Shown: one piece after another, positions 1-11,401 of the stretch
Layout: each line of letters begins with the position of its first letter
Numbering within the stretch: the stretch's first letter is position 1
Source of the DNA: Naegleria gruberi
Taxonomy: Eukaryota
Strand: one strand, 5' to 3'
Length of the DNA stretch: 64,000 nucleotides
NCBI GenBank assembly: GCA_000004985.1
Contig: GG738903.1
The notes under the pieces: generated by a model
The model's database searches: none
The model's input: the letters and a program-made list of their open reading frames with translations, nothing else
Told to the model about the DNA's origin: nothing
Program-made: the position numbers and the translations under genes

Positions 1-527
1 TTCTACTTCGTTAACGGATGAATCTACTAACAAATTTACCAAATTAGGCAAACTCATTTTACTATTCATCAATTTATAATATTCTTGGTTATCAATTATT
101 GATTCCATAATATCCAAAGATTTCAATTTGTAAAAATGTGAAATACTATTAAATTTAAATCCTTCCCTATCACGACCTTGAATATCTCTAATTGTTAAAT
201 GCTCCAAATTATGCACAAGTCTTGGGGAATTTTTCATAATTTCAAGATCGCTATTCGAAAATGGTCCCCAAATATTCGAAATATTATAAAAATTAATTGA
301 ATTGTTTTTAATTGCAATGAGGAAATGATTCACTGCTGGATCAACATAGGCTCCCTGGGAGAAACACATTTTCCTACTGGCCAAGATTTTAACTTGAATT
401 TTGTTCAGAGTTGATGCTAACCTCCATTTCGAACAAACTAAGGAAATTATTCGAATGATGAATTTTGAATGAAGGAAGGAAAATATTTCCACCAACATTT
501 CGGATGGAATGTCGTTTAGCTTTTCAT
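1..527 (-). CDS. F-box/LRR protein, partial (N-terminal 175 aa; C-terminus lies beyond the window start)
   Basis: Minus-strand ATG at 527..525 with an open frame to position 1. The translation begins MYEKLNDIPSEMLVEIFSFLHSKFIIRIISLVCSKWRLAS, an F-box consensus, followed by LRR-like leucine spacing. It is absent from the ORF track because it runs off the window edge. Confidence 0.55.
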
Positions 528-1260
528 ACATTTTTTTAAACGAAATGGTTTAAAATCGATCACGAATTTATTGTAATAATTCATGAGAACAAATTGAACA
601 TGCATTAATCTATTTCAAAACGTGATTAGAAATTTAGAATTAGAAAGATCCAAAAATAGTCAATAACACCCGTCAACCTGAAGATGTCAACAAGACAAAT
701 TCTGGCTCACCTTTTAATTGGAGTGCGCAAGACGAAGCAGTAAGCAACCTTAATGAATTTGAACAACGATACAATGTAGGCGTGACTTTTTATCAGATAA
801 TGACCAAGGATACTTTGACAAGTATTTGTACGTTGTGTAACTTTGGTAAGGTGCAAGATTTGAGATTGAAATTTCCTCACGGAAAATTCACTGATGAATT
901 AATTGATTCTGTGTTGACCATGTTAGCAAGAGATGCTCACCAGAGAATGAACATTGATACTCTTCTCAAGATTTCTACTGAGCACCACTGATGTTACATG
1001 TGAATGGAAATCCACACTTATTTCCACAATTACATTAATTTTTTATGGGTTATCTTTTTATCGAGGACGCTTTACAGTAAATAAACTGTAAATGTGTTAT
1101 TGTAAAGTACTTTGATTTAACTGACTCACACGATATTGTAAACCACTTCCCAAACTGTGGGAAAAATCACATGTATTGGGATGTTTCATCTCACATACTA
1201 ATAACTAAACTTCACCAAACAAAACAAAAAAAATCACACAAGAACAAACAATTAGAAACA

Positions 1261-2014
1261 ATGGGAAACGTTTTTGATAAGATTCCTATTGAAGACATTC
1301 AGTCAGGAGTTACTGGAGCCATCAATGCTATTACAACAGGTACTCACCCAAGTACTAGAGACGAAACTACGTACAATTCTGTGAAAAAGTGGATTCAAGA
1401 TTGTGATGTAAAAACCTGCAAGCTATTCCACGATGCTTTTGCAATGCCAACTGATGCAAGTGGTGCTATCATTTATAAGAAAGCTGTCGTTTTCACCAAG
1501 TCAATTGATGTCAATTTGACAGATCTCTTGGTAGATTTGTTAGAATTATTCAACAGTAAGAGTTATCAAGCTCTTGCCATTTCTGCTTTGAGAACAGTTG
1601 CCAAGAATCTCAAGATGAGTATTTCCACAGGTGAAAATAACATGCATGATGACAGATCTCAATAATGGAATGATCATGTGTGTTGCCTCCACTGTTTACG
1701 AAAGTAAACTTGATGCTACAATCTTCAAAACAGGTGTCCTGTGTACTGGTACCATTATTAAGGTTGTTCCACAATCCATGTTCAGAATTGGTTTGATTAA
1801 TGCCATGATGAGAACTAGTTTGGAAAGTGTCAGAAGACAAACTGTTGAAATTTTGCATGCCAAGTATATGATTGCAGAGCAGGATATCAAAGAAAACTTT
1901 ACATTATATAATAAGGTATTCATTGAGACAGAGGCTATTTATAATGATTATATTAAAGAAGAATTGAAAAGACATAAAGCAAAGGAAGAAAACAAGTTAG
2001 AAGCAGAACAATAA
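1261..2014 (+). CDS. hypothetical protein with N-terminal MGN (possible N-myristoylation); coding region split across two frames
   Basis: ATG at 1261 (MGNVFDKIPIEDIQ...). The track ORFs 1171..1665 and 1631..2014 overlap with a +1 frame switch. A 37-nt GTATTT..CAG intron (1619..1655) or a 25-nt GTGAAA..CAG intron (1631..1655) would restore one frame; alternatively this is a frameshift or pseudogene. Best model: join(1261..1618,1656..2014). No recognisable domain. Confidence 0.45.
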
Positions 2015-2157
2015 ATTAACATAGCAGTTGGAGATTAAGATGAGGTTGGTGAATCCAATAAACTGTAAGCATAGTTAATGGGTATTAGTTTATTATTATT
2101 GAGGGACTAATTAAATTGATTGACTTGTGAGATCACTTTTCACAAGATCAAAAAAAA

Positions 2158-3210
2158 ATGGGCAATTCACAACCGGCATCAAATCTTGATGGCCAGACAA
2201 CGTATGATCGTTCAACGGGTGAACAAATAGTAAATTTTAATTTATTCTCCGATGATGAATGTAAGGAGAAAACCCATGAAGAAATTGAAGCAAGTCAAGT
2301 TGATTATTTCTCTTCGGATCAGAGATTGGATGAATTAAAAACAATTTTGGGAGAAGACATTGTTAATAACCAGTTGGAATACTATAAGAATGTTACAAAG
2401 GTAACTGAAGAGTGTTTGCCAGTGATGGCAATCACCAAAGATTATCCATTTATGGACGAGTATATAGGTCATTATTTGGTGGCATGTTTAATGAGGAAGA
2501 GTGAAAGTTTTGCTAAACATTCAAAGCCATTCAAGTGTTTGGATGATGGATATTTGGATGAAATTTTAGATGTGAATACTTTAAAGAAATATCCAACCAA
2601 AATTCTGAAACAGAAATTTGAAGAGTTTCATCAGGATTTCCAGTATTGCATGTCAGTGCCAAATTCAAATGAATATAGCAGAGTGATGGAGACTGTATCT
2701 TTGGAAACTGTTTTCAAAGAACCTTATTCTGCAATCCTTTCTCAACCAAATCAAATAGAAATTATCAAGTCTAGATTTTTACCAAAGCAAACTACTTTGG
2801 AAGTCAAGAAAATTGAGCACGAGCCGATGGAACCTTATATTTATAACCCAAAAACAGATACAGAAGAGGATTTTGAAAGAAAGTTAATAGCACTTTCACA
2901 AACTGATTTTTTGAAACAAGATATTGAGCTTGTGAAGGAGTGTTATCAAAAGGAGCAAGAATCGACAAGTGCCGATTGTTTTGGGAAATACAATTCTCTT
3001 TTGAGTATTTCTGAACTCGTTCTTTGCAAGAAGGAAATTCTCACACAATCACCACAATTAACATTTCCAAATATTGAAGACTCAGCACTTTTGGATTTTA
3101 AAAAAGATGGATCTTGTTCAGGAGTTCTTTTGAAAAATCATATTGAAAAACTATTTCCAAATATGCCAAAATTTCACTATCTATACTTTTATAACAAAGA
3201 TAATAATTAA
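2158..3210 (+). CDS. hypothetical protein (350 aa, MGNSQP N-terminus)
   Basis: Single long ORF from a true ATG at 2158, with coding-like composition and no recognisable domain. Confidence 0.55.
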   Translation: MGNSQPASNLDGQTTYDRSTGEQIVNFNLFSDDECKEKTHEEIEASQVDYFSSDQRLDELKTILGEDIVNNQLEYYKNVTKVTEECLPVMAITKDYPFMDEYIGHYLVACLMRKSESFAKHSKPFKCLDDGYLDEILDVNTLKKYPTKILKQKFEEFHQDFQYCMSVPNSNEYSRVMETVSLETVFKEPYSAILSQPNQIEIIKSRFLPKQTTLEVKKIEHEPMEPYIYNPKTDTEEDFERKLIALSQTDFLKQDIELVKECYQKEQESTSADCFGKYNSLLSISELVLCKKEILTQSPQLTFPNIEDSALLDFKKDGSCSGVLLKNHIEKLFPNMPKFHYLYFYNKDNN

Positions 3211-3252
3211 TATTTACAATAATTTCGTTTCCTGAAACAATTTCTTTTGAAC

Positions 3253-4320
3253 TTATTGGGAATGATCAGTAATGACCATTCTAGCAATGGTATTAACACA
3301 ATCAATGGCAGCATTCTCATTCTTGTTTATCCAATAATGCATCTTTACCTTGTTAATGACCACGTCATGGACAAAACCATTCATGCAATGATAGAATGAT
3401 GGATAGGAAAATTGAATGTGAATTCTTCTACAATTTACATGCTTTTGTAAATTATTGAGCATTTTGGTGCTTATTAAATTTTCATTACTGGAATCTGGAA
3501 TGAATTCAATTGATTCATCAAAGTCCTCAACTTGAAAATCTAACTCCTTATCTTGTGTGAAAATATCTGAATAATTATCTGAATCAAATCCACTGTGTCC
3601 AACAATTGAAAACTCAATAGGACCTTTCTGTGGAGGTTGGAATGTAGATTTTGCACAGATGCAAGCCCCTGAATGAGGAACTGAAATGTCGTAATGAGTA
3701 CTTCCAATCAGTGTCTTGAATTTGAAACTATTCCATGCAGATATAAATTTCGATTCTGGTTCTGACATCTCCATCAGCAATGGATCACTCAAAGCCAATT
3801 GCTTACCAGTATCACCAAGAAAGTGTCCCACATATGTATTTGCAATTGTACTCACAACATTTCCATATAAATCAGTCCATCCTCCACTGCTAGTTCTCTT
3901 CGATCCCAAATGAGGAGAACAAATAGTTGTCAACCCAATTGGCTCAAAATATTTAGAGAATTCATCCTCATATTCATTCATCAACACATAGGCAGCATAT
4001 CTACAATAGAGACCTCCTAACGAATGACCAATTAGGGAAAATTTAACCTTGTTGTTTCTTTCTGTAAATTTGGGTAAAATTTCCTTCCTGAAATATTCAA
4101 TAATTTCTTGGGCCATTCTCTTACCACCAACTGCCACTCCATGATGTGTGTCCTTGGAGTTTGATGATGGACGCAGAGTAAATAATTGATCATCGGGAAG
4201 AATTGAATCCAAAATTGGATATTTCTTATGAAATTCTAACTGGATGTCATGTTGTAAATATTCCATATCCTCGTGCTGGCCGTTATTTCCATGCGAGAGA
4301 ACAATAAAGTGATAAACCAT
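3253..4320 (-). CDS. putative serine esterase/lipase of the alpha/beta-hydrolase fold (DUF676/PGAP1-like)
   Basis: 355-aa ORF from a true ATG at 4320. Contains the nucleophile-elbow motif LIGHSLGGLY (GHSxG). The surrounding sequence HGNNG...FSLIGHSLGG...SPHLGS is typical of DUF676 esterases. Confidence 0.7.
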   Translation of the reverse strand: MVYHFIVLSHGNNGQHEDMEYLQHDIQLEFHKKYPILDSILPDDQLFTLRPSSNSKDTHHGVAVGGKRMAQEIIEYFRKEILPKFTERNNKVKFSLIGHSLGGLYCRYAAYVLMNEYEDEFSKYFEPIGLTTICSPHLGSKRTSSGGWTDLYGNVVSTIANTYVGHFLGDTGKQLALSDPLLMEMSEPESKFISAWNSFKFKTLIGSTHYDISVPHSGACICAKSTFQPPQKGPIEFSIVGHSGFDSDNYSDIFTQDKELDFQVEDFDESIEFIPDSSNENLISTKMLNNLQKHVNCRRIHIQFSYPSFYHCMNGFVHDVVINKVKMHYWINKNENAAIDCVNTIARMVITDHSQ

Positions 4321-4421
4321 TTTTTTTTAAATTAATTTATTTAAATTAAACTATTTTTGTAAGCAAGTTCATTTTGCGCCTTACTTTCATTCTATTTTTA
4401 AAACAAATAATAAAGAAAAAA

Positions 4422-5462
4422 ATGTCCACAACACATGATGAAGAAATAATAGAAGGTGATGATCAATCATTGATGATCGGAAGGTTTGATATAACGACTC
4501 TGCCCCTAGAAAATCAAATTAATATATTTTGGTATTGTGATGAGAGAACTCTGATCAATGTGGCTCAAACTAATAGAGGCTATCATCATTTGATCATGGG
4601 GGATGATGATGAATCGGAGCCGGAGGTGAATTCCTATAGAAATACTATTTGGAAGGTTAGATTATTGTCTGAATTGAATAGATTGATTGATGATTATAAT
4701 AAGAGTATAATTGATAATGTAATTGATACTTCCTTGGTTCATAATTTGAATGAAAATGATTTGGACAAGTATGTGAGGAATAATTTGAGAATTAAGGAGG
4801 ATAGAATTAGATATAGTGAAATTTTGGCTAAATTCAAGAGATTAGATTATAAACCAGCTGTGGATTCAACTGAAGTTTCAGCAAAAGGAAGAGTTTGGAA
4901 TAATAAGACTGTATACACTTGGTATTCTTTCCTTCATCGAAATTATCCAATATCAAATGATGATGATTTTGCATCTTATTGTACATTTGAAGGATATGAG
5001 ATTGTAATCAATCAATATGGTTCATCTGGAGGAAATGATTGGAATATTGTGTTTGGTATAGGAGGTGAATATGAAGATTTTGGAAAATCCAATTCGATTG
5101 CAGAGTTTACAGTAGAAAACTGTGGTTTTGGATATATTGTAAATTCTAATCAGTTCAAGATTAGAGGTGATCATATATACGAAGATTGTAAATTCGCAAA
5201 AGATATTAAGGCAGTTAAAGTAGGTGACAGATTCACTCTCAAATATGATAGAGAAAGGAAGTGCATTCACTTCTTCAAGAATGGACAACACATTGTTTCT
5301 GTTGCTGATGAATATGGAGAAACTCTCAAACCAATCGTCTATTATCCAATCATTTCTATGTGTGTTGAAATGGGTGTTACTTTCTATCCTCTGCTTCAAG
5401 TCGATTATCCAGTCAATGAAAATGTATCCTTCACAAAGAGCAACTTTAAATTTACTTGTTAA
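4422..5462 (+). CDS. F-box / SPRY-domain protein
   Basis: The first in-frame ATG is at 4422; the track start at 4374 is TTG. The N-terminus LPLENQINIFWYCDERTLINVAQTNRGYHHLI is F-box-like. The C-terminal KVGDRFTLKYDRERKCIHFFKNGQHIV...GETLKPIVYYPIISM resembles a SPRY/B30.2 fold. It is diverged 101 bp from the start of the minus-strand esterase gene. Confidence 0.6.
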   Translation: MSTTHDEEIIEGDDQSLMIGRFDITTLPLENQINIFWYCDERTLINVAQTNRGYHHLIMGDDDESEPEVNSYRNTIWKVRLLSELNRLIDDYNKSIIDNVIDTSLVHNLNENDLDKYVRNNLRIKEDRIRYSEILAKFKRLDYKPAVDSTEVSAKGRVWNNKTVYTWYSFLHRNYPISNDDDFASYCTFEGYEIVINQYGSSGGNDWNIVFGIGGEYEDFGKSNSIAEFTVENCGFGYIVNSNQFKIRGDHIYEDCKFAKDIKAVKVGDRFTLKYDRERKCIHFFKNGQHIVSVADEYGETLKPIVYYPIISMCVEMGVTFYPLLQVDYPVNENVSFTKSNFKFTC

Positions 5463-5541
5463 ATTCACACATTTTCATTTCTGTTTTTAATATTAAAAAA
5501 TTATTATTTACTGAATCATTTGTTTATTGAGTTTTTGTTAA

Positions 5542-7078
5542 TTAAAATTCAAACTTAAAGTCGTCGTTGGCTTGGAATTCTTCTGAAGCCATCAAAAATT
5601 CAGAACTTGTTTGAAGGTTGACACCACCAAAGTCAGAATTTTGATCTGGAGATTGTGATTCTTTCAATCTTTCTAAAATATCAATCAAATTTTGAAGCTG
5701 AGAAGGATCCATTGATTGAAGTGTTTCCATTGAAAGTTCTGGAACTGGAGGGGAAGCAACAGCAGCACCTGTACCATTTAAAGCTTGGTGTTGAGCTTGT
5801 TGCACGGTTGGTTGCTCGATACTATCTTGAATATTATTAAAGAGGGCTTCGAATAGTGCTGGATCCAATCCAGTACATTCGTTTGACAAAACGGAACGTT
5901 GATTTTCTTGTTGGAATAACGAATTGACCCATTGTTTACAAACCATATCGCTAATTGGCATGGATTGTTGTTGAGTGAGATCCATTGGCCAATGGAAAGT
6001 ATTATGATTATCGTCGAGGAAATAGTTATTCAAAGTTGGGAAGTTATTCGAATCGAATCTTTGGAAGTGAGCTGAAGTTGGAGCTGACATGGCACTTGAC
6101 AATCCACCACCTATCATATCTTGTTGTGGTTGAGGAGTTCCAGCACTTTGGGAAGAAATTGTCATTGGAGAATTTTGAGAATTTCCACAATTCTCACTTT
6201 CTCTTCTCAAGTTGAGGTAGACATTGAGTTTCATTTCTTTGGCCATCAATCTTTCAGGTGGTGATAATGTACAAGTGGCAGTAGATGTATGTGGATTAGT
6301 TGTATTATTGTTGGATGGAATAAATGAGGTACTTGTGGATGGTTGACTATTCGAAAGTTGACCAACACTCACGCAGCTATTACTTCTCTTTCTGATTGTA
6401 TTCGAATTGGTTTGGTTGAGGATATATGGATGAGAGGCACTGGTGCTTCTATTTCTGGAAGAGGAATTTGGAGTTTCTGGAGAATTCTTTAAGACTAAAG
6501 GAACAACTTGAAGTTGTTTGAATGTTTGTAGTTGAGCAAGCGAGGTTTCTTCCCTTAAGTTTTGATTCTCTGAATGGTATGGTCTTTGTTTCAATCTTTG
6601 GAGTTTCGTCTTCCATCTTAGTTTGGAATATTTCGAATAATTCTTGATCACATGAAATACCATGATGAAGACTTTGATCCAGAGCAGTTAAAGCTTCTTC
6701 AGTGAATAGAATTTCTTCAGTCGAAGGAGTATCAACACTATTAGCAATTGATTGCTTTCTCTTCTTTTGTTTAGTTTCGACTCTTGGAGAATCATTATTC
6801 GAATCTTCTTCAGCAGCTGCAACTGACTTTCTTCTAGATGTTCTCTTTCTCTTCTTTGGAGTGGTTTCGCTACCTGGTTGGAAAGCCAAAACTTGAACAC
6901 CAGTTGATGTACTCAAATTCAATTCGAAATAGTTTTGTTTAAATTCGTCATTGTTGATTTGTTTACGAAGTTTCTTTGGTTGACCACTGATAGGTGTTTT
7001 ATCTGAAGCAATATCAGAATCGTTAGTGTAGTTAGAAATGACGGATCCTCTTCTCAAACTTGGGGAATAGGTGCTCAT
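5542..7078 (-). CDS. low-complexity S/T/N/Q- and K/R-rich protein, probably nuclear; two frames joined by a putative 91-nt intron
   Basis: Track ORFs 6449..7135 (true ATG at 7078, MSTYSPSL...PKKRKRTSRRKS...KQKKRKQ, NLS-like) and 5542..6663 overlap by 215 nt with a +1 frame switch. A GTATTT...TTCAG intron at 6660..6570 joins them in frame (...DQSLHH|ENQNLREETSLAQ...). Model: join(complement(6661..7078),complement(5542..6569)). A frameshift or pseudogene is the alternative. Confidence 0.4.
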
Positions 7079-9047
7079 TTTGATATTTAGTTTAGTTTCG
7101 AATGGTGTGTCTATAAGTTGTTGTAAAGTGTACAAGGCGATGAGAGAATTTATATATTTCGGCGATAGAGTATATTACTAGTTGAACCAAGAGAAGGATT
7201 ACTATTCAAATACTCTTTGACCAATTCAAGTATTTTACAAGTTGTTGTTTTTTTTTGATTCGAATAATTTGCAAGAAACCGTGTGAATTTATTCATCAGT
7301 GCCAATGAAAGGATCATCATGAAGAATGAACGACTGAGATGAAAACTGCACAAGAAGCATCTACTCGCAACTGACTTTGATCTGTGAGAGGCCACACGCT
7401 TGTGCTGCTCATTCTATTCGAAACGAAATCCACACAATAGGAAGACAAACTGTCTGTTGATTGGTCAAATGTCCTCTCTCTATACAATTATATTTCTATT
7501 GACTAGATATGTAGTGATCCATTCTTGTCCAGATTTCAAGTAACAGTTAGTTTCGTCTAAAAACTTAAAAAGCGTAATATGAAATATGACATTTTAATTG
7601 CAGCAAGTGTCAATATTTGGAAAAAAAGAAAGTTTGGAATGTACCAGATGAGTTTGAATAACACATTTCTCCATCGTACGAAACCTTTCAGATACTGGCT
7701 CTTTGAAAGTTGAAGTTTTGCTTTGTGAAATAAAAGGTTTTGTGATTTAAAATGTCAAGTGCTATGAAATTCATGTATGATTTTCTAATATGTGACATGA
7801 TGACTATGTGCAGATGTTGATGTCAACAAGTAAATTACGAAGATAGAACTGTCATACAAGATTGGATCTACAAGTTTCAGATCTAGTGAAATAGTTTAGG
7901 TTAACGCAGACGAAAGGAGATAGATCAGTAATGATAGAAAAGGAATATCCTGTAACCATGGACTGTCTAATTACAAAGTGAATATACAACAGGTACTCTG
8001 TTATTAGTACATTGTGTATTCTCATGGAATTTGAATCTTTTAAAGTGGACAAAAATATACGAAAGTGTAATATTCTGAAAGGTGTGCGTGTTAGTAATCA
8101 TTGTAATAACAAATTTGAGGAATCTTTCGGAATCTTTCTACAATCCACTCACTACAAATATTTCACACTACTGTACATTGTATTTTTGAGAATCTTTCGA
8201 ATATGTCATTGTTCGTTAAAGAAATCGTTGCGTTAGTGGTTTTACAAATTCCAAACCGTGTCCTTTCCAAAATAATGGTGGGAACAGTTTTTCTTCACTG
8301 TTTCCATTTGTGTGGTTGTATCGAATTGATTTTCTTCATTATGTTCAACCAAATGAACCCAATGTTCAAGTTTCGAATAGAGAAGAGATAAGCACAGTTC
8401 TGTTCACTTCCCAAATAATATGACTTGACGCTTTCGCTCGTGTCTTTCCATCAAGAACCTTAAGGTTGCAAATTTGTTGACGAAATTGACGAGATTTCAT
8501 TTTTCTAATTTTGTTTTGAAATTTTTTACAAAATTAAAAGTCCGTTCGTTCGATAATAATTGGACGTTCAGTGATGAGTCAGCAGTTGTTGATTGTATAG
8601 AAGATTTTTGATTCAATTACAATGTGACAGAGATATTGATTCTCATTTTGATTTTTCATGTTTCATTGTAAACAATTTCAAATAGAGATGTGTTGTAAAC
8701 GAAAGGGGTTTGTGAGATAAATGAACTATTTCACAAGTTCATTTGTTTATTTCTTTTTCAAATTGGAAATGAAACTTTATGGTTAGTTTCGTTTGTATGT
8801 TTGATTCATGAAAAGAGAGATAGTTTTCTTTGAGATATTGTAGTTCATTAAATTGTTCTCTCTTCTATTTTCTTCAAGATTCGAATATTGTTAGTTCACC
8901 AATCAATAAGGTTCATTTCTTCCATAAGTTCATCAATAAAGAAAATTGTAAAAAATTGTAATCTTTTCATCCATTACACAAGTTCATTTCTTCCATTAGT
9001 TCATCATTAGCTTTTGTACAAAATTCTAAGTCTTTTCAACCATTAAT

Positions 9048-10469
9048 TTATTCATCCGATATCAGTATCCCAATGTCACATAATTGATTATTCTTGAGTT
9101 TTTGGAAAATCTTCTCTACAAAGAAGAATTCTCCAGCAAATCGATACCTCACATGAATGATGGAATCAGTTGAAACATCCTCCTCAGTTTTTCCTCCATA
9201 AAAATACAAGCCACTTCCAGTTGCATCATGCACCAGTGAGGAGCACAATAACCTTCCTGCAGCAACTCCTAATTGAATGCAAACACTCCACTCATTCCTT
9301 TTCAAATCGAAAACATAGCAATCATTTTTAGGTATTCTATTGCTCTGTTCACAACCTCCCAAGCTTAATAAAAAACGTTGATCTATCAAACAAATAGTAT
9401 TGCCATAAATTGGCTGAGGTACTGGGCATATCTTTGTTTCCTCAAATTTCACAACGGTCCAAGAATTTGTTTTGAAATGGAAGATGACCAAATCACATGT
9501 TAAAACAGGTACATCAATGTTCAGCTCACCAGCATAAATGACCATAGAATCGTTTGATGGATTGTAAACTGCTGTAGAAAATGATCTGGACTCTATTGGA
9601 ATATTTGGAACAATTTTTTCTACCCACGTTTCAGTTTCACAATCAAAAACATATAAATCCTTACTGATCCACTCATCGGAATATCCTCCAAACAGAACAA
9701 TGGTATTATTAAATGATCTATACACTGAAACATGTCCATAAATTCCAGGGGCTGGATTATTGACTGCCTCCTCTTCAAAAGGGAAATACTTCCACTCATT
9801 AGTATCCAAATTATATATAGTCAAGTCATTTTCTGGTGTTGAATCATCATTTCGTATACCTCCAATAATGTAGAATGAATTATTCACCGGATTATAATTC
9901 AGTGAATGATAATAGAGAGCATTTGGTGGGCTATCATCCGATTCCTTCATACCAATCGGTGGCAACCATTTCTTCTCCAGAATATCATATCTCTGAAATT
10001 CAATACCGTCATGATCTCTACCTCCCCATGAGTAAATAATTCTCGAGTGGTGATTATCAACAATCTCTGTCGTGTGTGCATAAATACTTAGTGGTTTGAT
10101 GCAATCATCAGCTTGATCACTCTTCTGATCACGATGTTTTTCATCTTCGGAGCCTTCATGTACTGAATGTTTACTCTCTGATGTTGATGATTCCTCATCT
10201 TGATGATGATGATTATGATCTTCCTCTTCAACAATTTCCAACGTAACTTGTAGAGCCACATCATCATCATCATGATCTTTATCTTCATAATTCCTCTTTG
10301 AAAAATTCTGTCTATAAATCAGTGGATAATAGATGGGACACAAGGCTGTATGTCGATAGGTAATAAATTCAATATCAACATGTTCATCTTCTTGTTTATC
10401 ATCATCGGGGATGGCAATGATTTCTTCTGAAGATGTTTTTGATTGTGAATCAGTACTCAAATTATCCAT
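9048..10469 (-). CDS. Kelch-repeat beta-propeller protein with an acidic His/Asp-rich N-terminal region
   Basis: True ATG at 10469 (MDNLSTD); the upstream in-frame GTG at 10487 is not used. Repeated Kelch signatures: YSWGG, FYIIGG, IVLFGGY, SLGG, LYFYGG, with W/Y spacing typical of a galactose-oxidase-type propeller. Confidence 0.75.
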   Translation of the reverse strand: MDNLSTDSQSKTSSEEIIAIPDDDKQEDEHVDIEFITYRHTALCPIYYPLIYRQNFSKRNYEDKDHDDDDVALQVTLEIVEEEDHNHHHQDEESSTSESKHSVHEGSEDEKHRDQKSDQADDCIKPLSIYAHTTEIVDNHHSRIIYSWGGRDHDGIEFQRYDILEKKWLPPIGMKESDDSPPNALYYHSLNYNPVNNSFYIIGGIRNDDSTPENDLTIYNLDTNEWKYFPFEEEAVNNPAPGIYGHVSVYRSFNNTIVLFGGYSDEWISKDLYVFDCETETWVEKIVPNIPIESRSFSTAVYNPSNDSMVIYAGELNIDVPVLTCDLVIFHFKTNSWTVVKFEETKICPVPQPIYGNTICLIDQRFLLSLGGCEQSNRIPKNDCYVFDLKRNEWSVCIQLGVAAGRLLCSSLVHDATGSGLYFYGGKTEEDVSTDSIIHVRYRFAGEFFFVEKIFQKLKNNQLCDIGILISDE

Positions 10470-10719
10470 TTTGCTATTTATTTTCACTTGATATCAATTA
10501 GTATTAATTAGTATATTTGGTTCGGATCAAAAATATCAATAAACAATTTAATACTTTTGGATGACGAGTTTTTTTTTGTAAAGATTTTTAAATTTCCAGC
10601 CCGCCAATTTCAAAATTAAAAATAGAACAAATCACATCAAAAAAAATAACAAAACTCGTCATTGCAATTCTTTTGATTAAATTTTTTTCATCTTTTTTTT
10701 TGCGATAACAACAATCATC

Positions 10720-11378
10720 ATGATGAGTTCGGCTGAACAACAACAACAACACCTGTCGGTGGTGGAGGATAGTGATCAAAGAATGGTGGAACATAATGAG
10801 GTTCCGATTATGGCCAAACCAGGAGAAGCAAATGCATACTTTCCAAGTTATACGACAAATCATCCAGTTGAGAGGGATTCTGATGAGGACGAGACTGAGG
10901 AAGTTGATGATGATGAAAATGGAGGACGTTTCTTTGATCCTCTCTTTGAATTCAAGGAACAAGACAGATTGTTGCCATATGCAAACATTGAGAGAATTAT
11001 GAAAAAAACTGTGGAAATGTTTAATAAGAGTGCTAAAATTTCAAAGGAAGCAAAGGAGTGTATGCAAGAATGTGTCACAGAATTTATTTGTTTTGTGACA
11101 GGTGAAGCATCCGATCTTTGTGTAGAAGAAAAGAGAAAAACTGTGGCAGGAGAAGATGTTTTGAATGCCTTGGAAAAACTTGGTTTTGAAAATTATTGTA
11201 AGTTTTTATATTGAGATGAGTATTGTGTTAATTGTGAAAAGGTGGAGCCTTAAAAGAATGTCTGACGAAACATAGAGAATCCATCAAAAATGACAAGAAA
11301 GGATCTGGATCTAACAAGAACAAAAAAAAGTCATCAAAGGGCGGAAAGAATAACAACAATAAGGATACTAATTGTTGA
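10720..11378 (+). CDS. NFYB: NF-YB (CBF-A/HAP3) histone-fold transcription factor subunit; 2 exons
   Basis: [17 protein letters not shown]...[55 protein letters not shown] matches the NF-YB histone fold. A GTAAGT...AAAAG intron at 11198..11241 (44 nt) restores the conserved continuation ...[15 protein letters not shown] followed by a K/N-rich tail. Model: join(10720..11197,11242..11378). Confidence 0.8.
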
Positions 11379-11401
11379 AGACGGATTAAGTTGGAAGTTT
11401 A

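Noticed and set aside
782-991. 69-aa ORF in the divergent promoter between the first two genes (GTG start; first ATG at 800)
   Set aside because: Too short, no homology, and it sits in a likely promoter. It could be a real small gene but I cannot support it.
5022-5468. 148-aa minus-strand ORF
   Set aside because: Antisense to the 3' half of the F-box/SPRY gene; no homology, and the sense gene explains the open frame.
10088-10288. 66-aa ORF rich in K/I/M
   Set aside because: Other-frame reading on the coding strand inside the Kelch gene, over the Asp/His-rich region.
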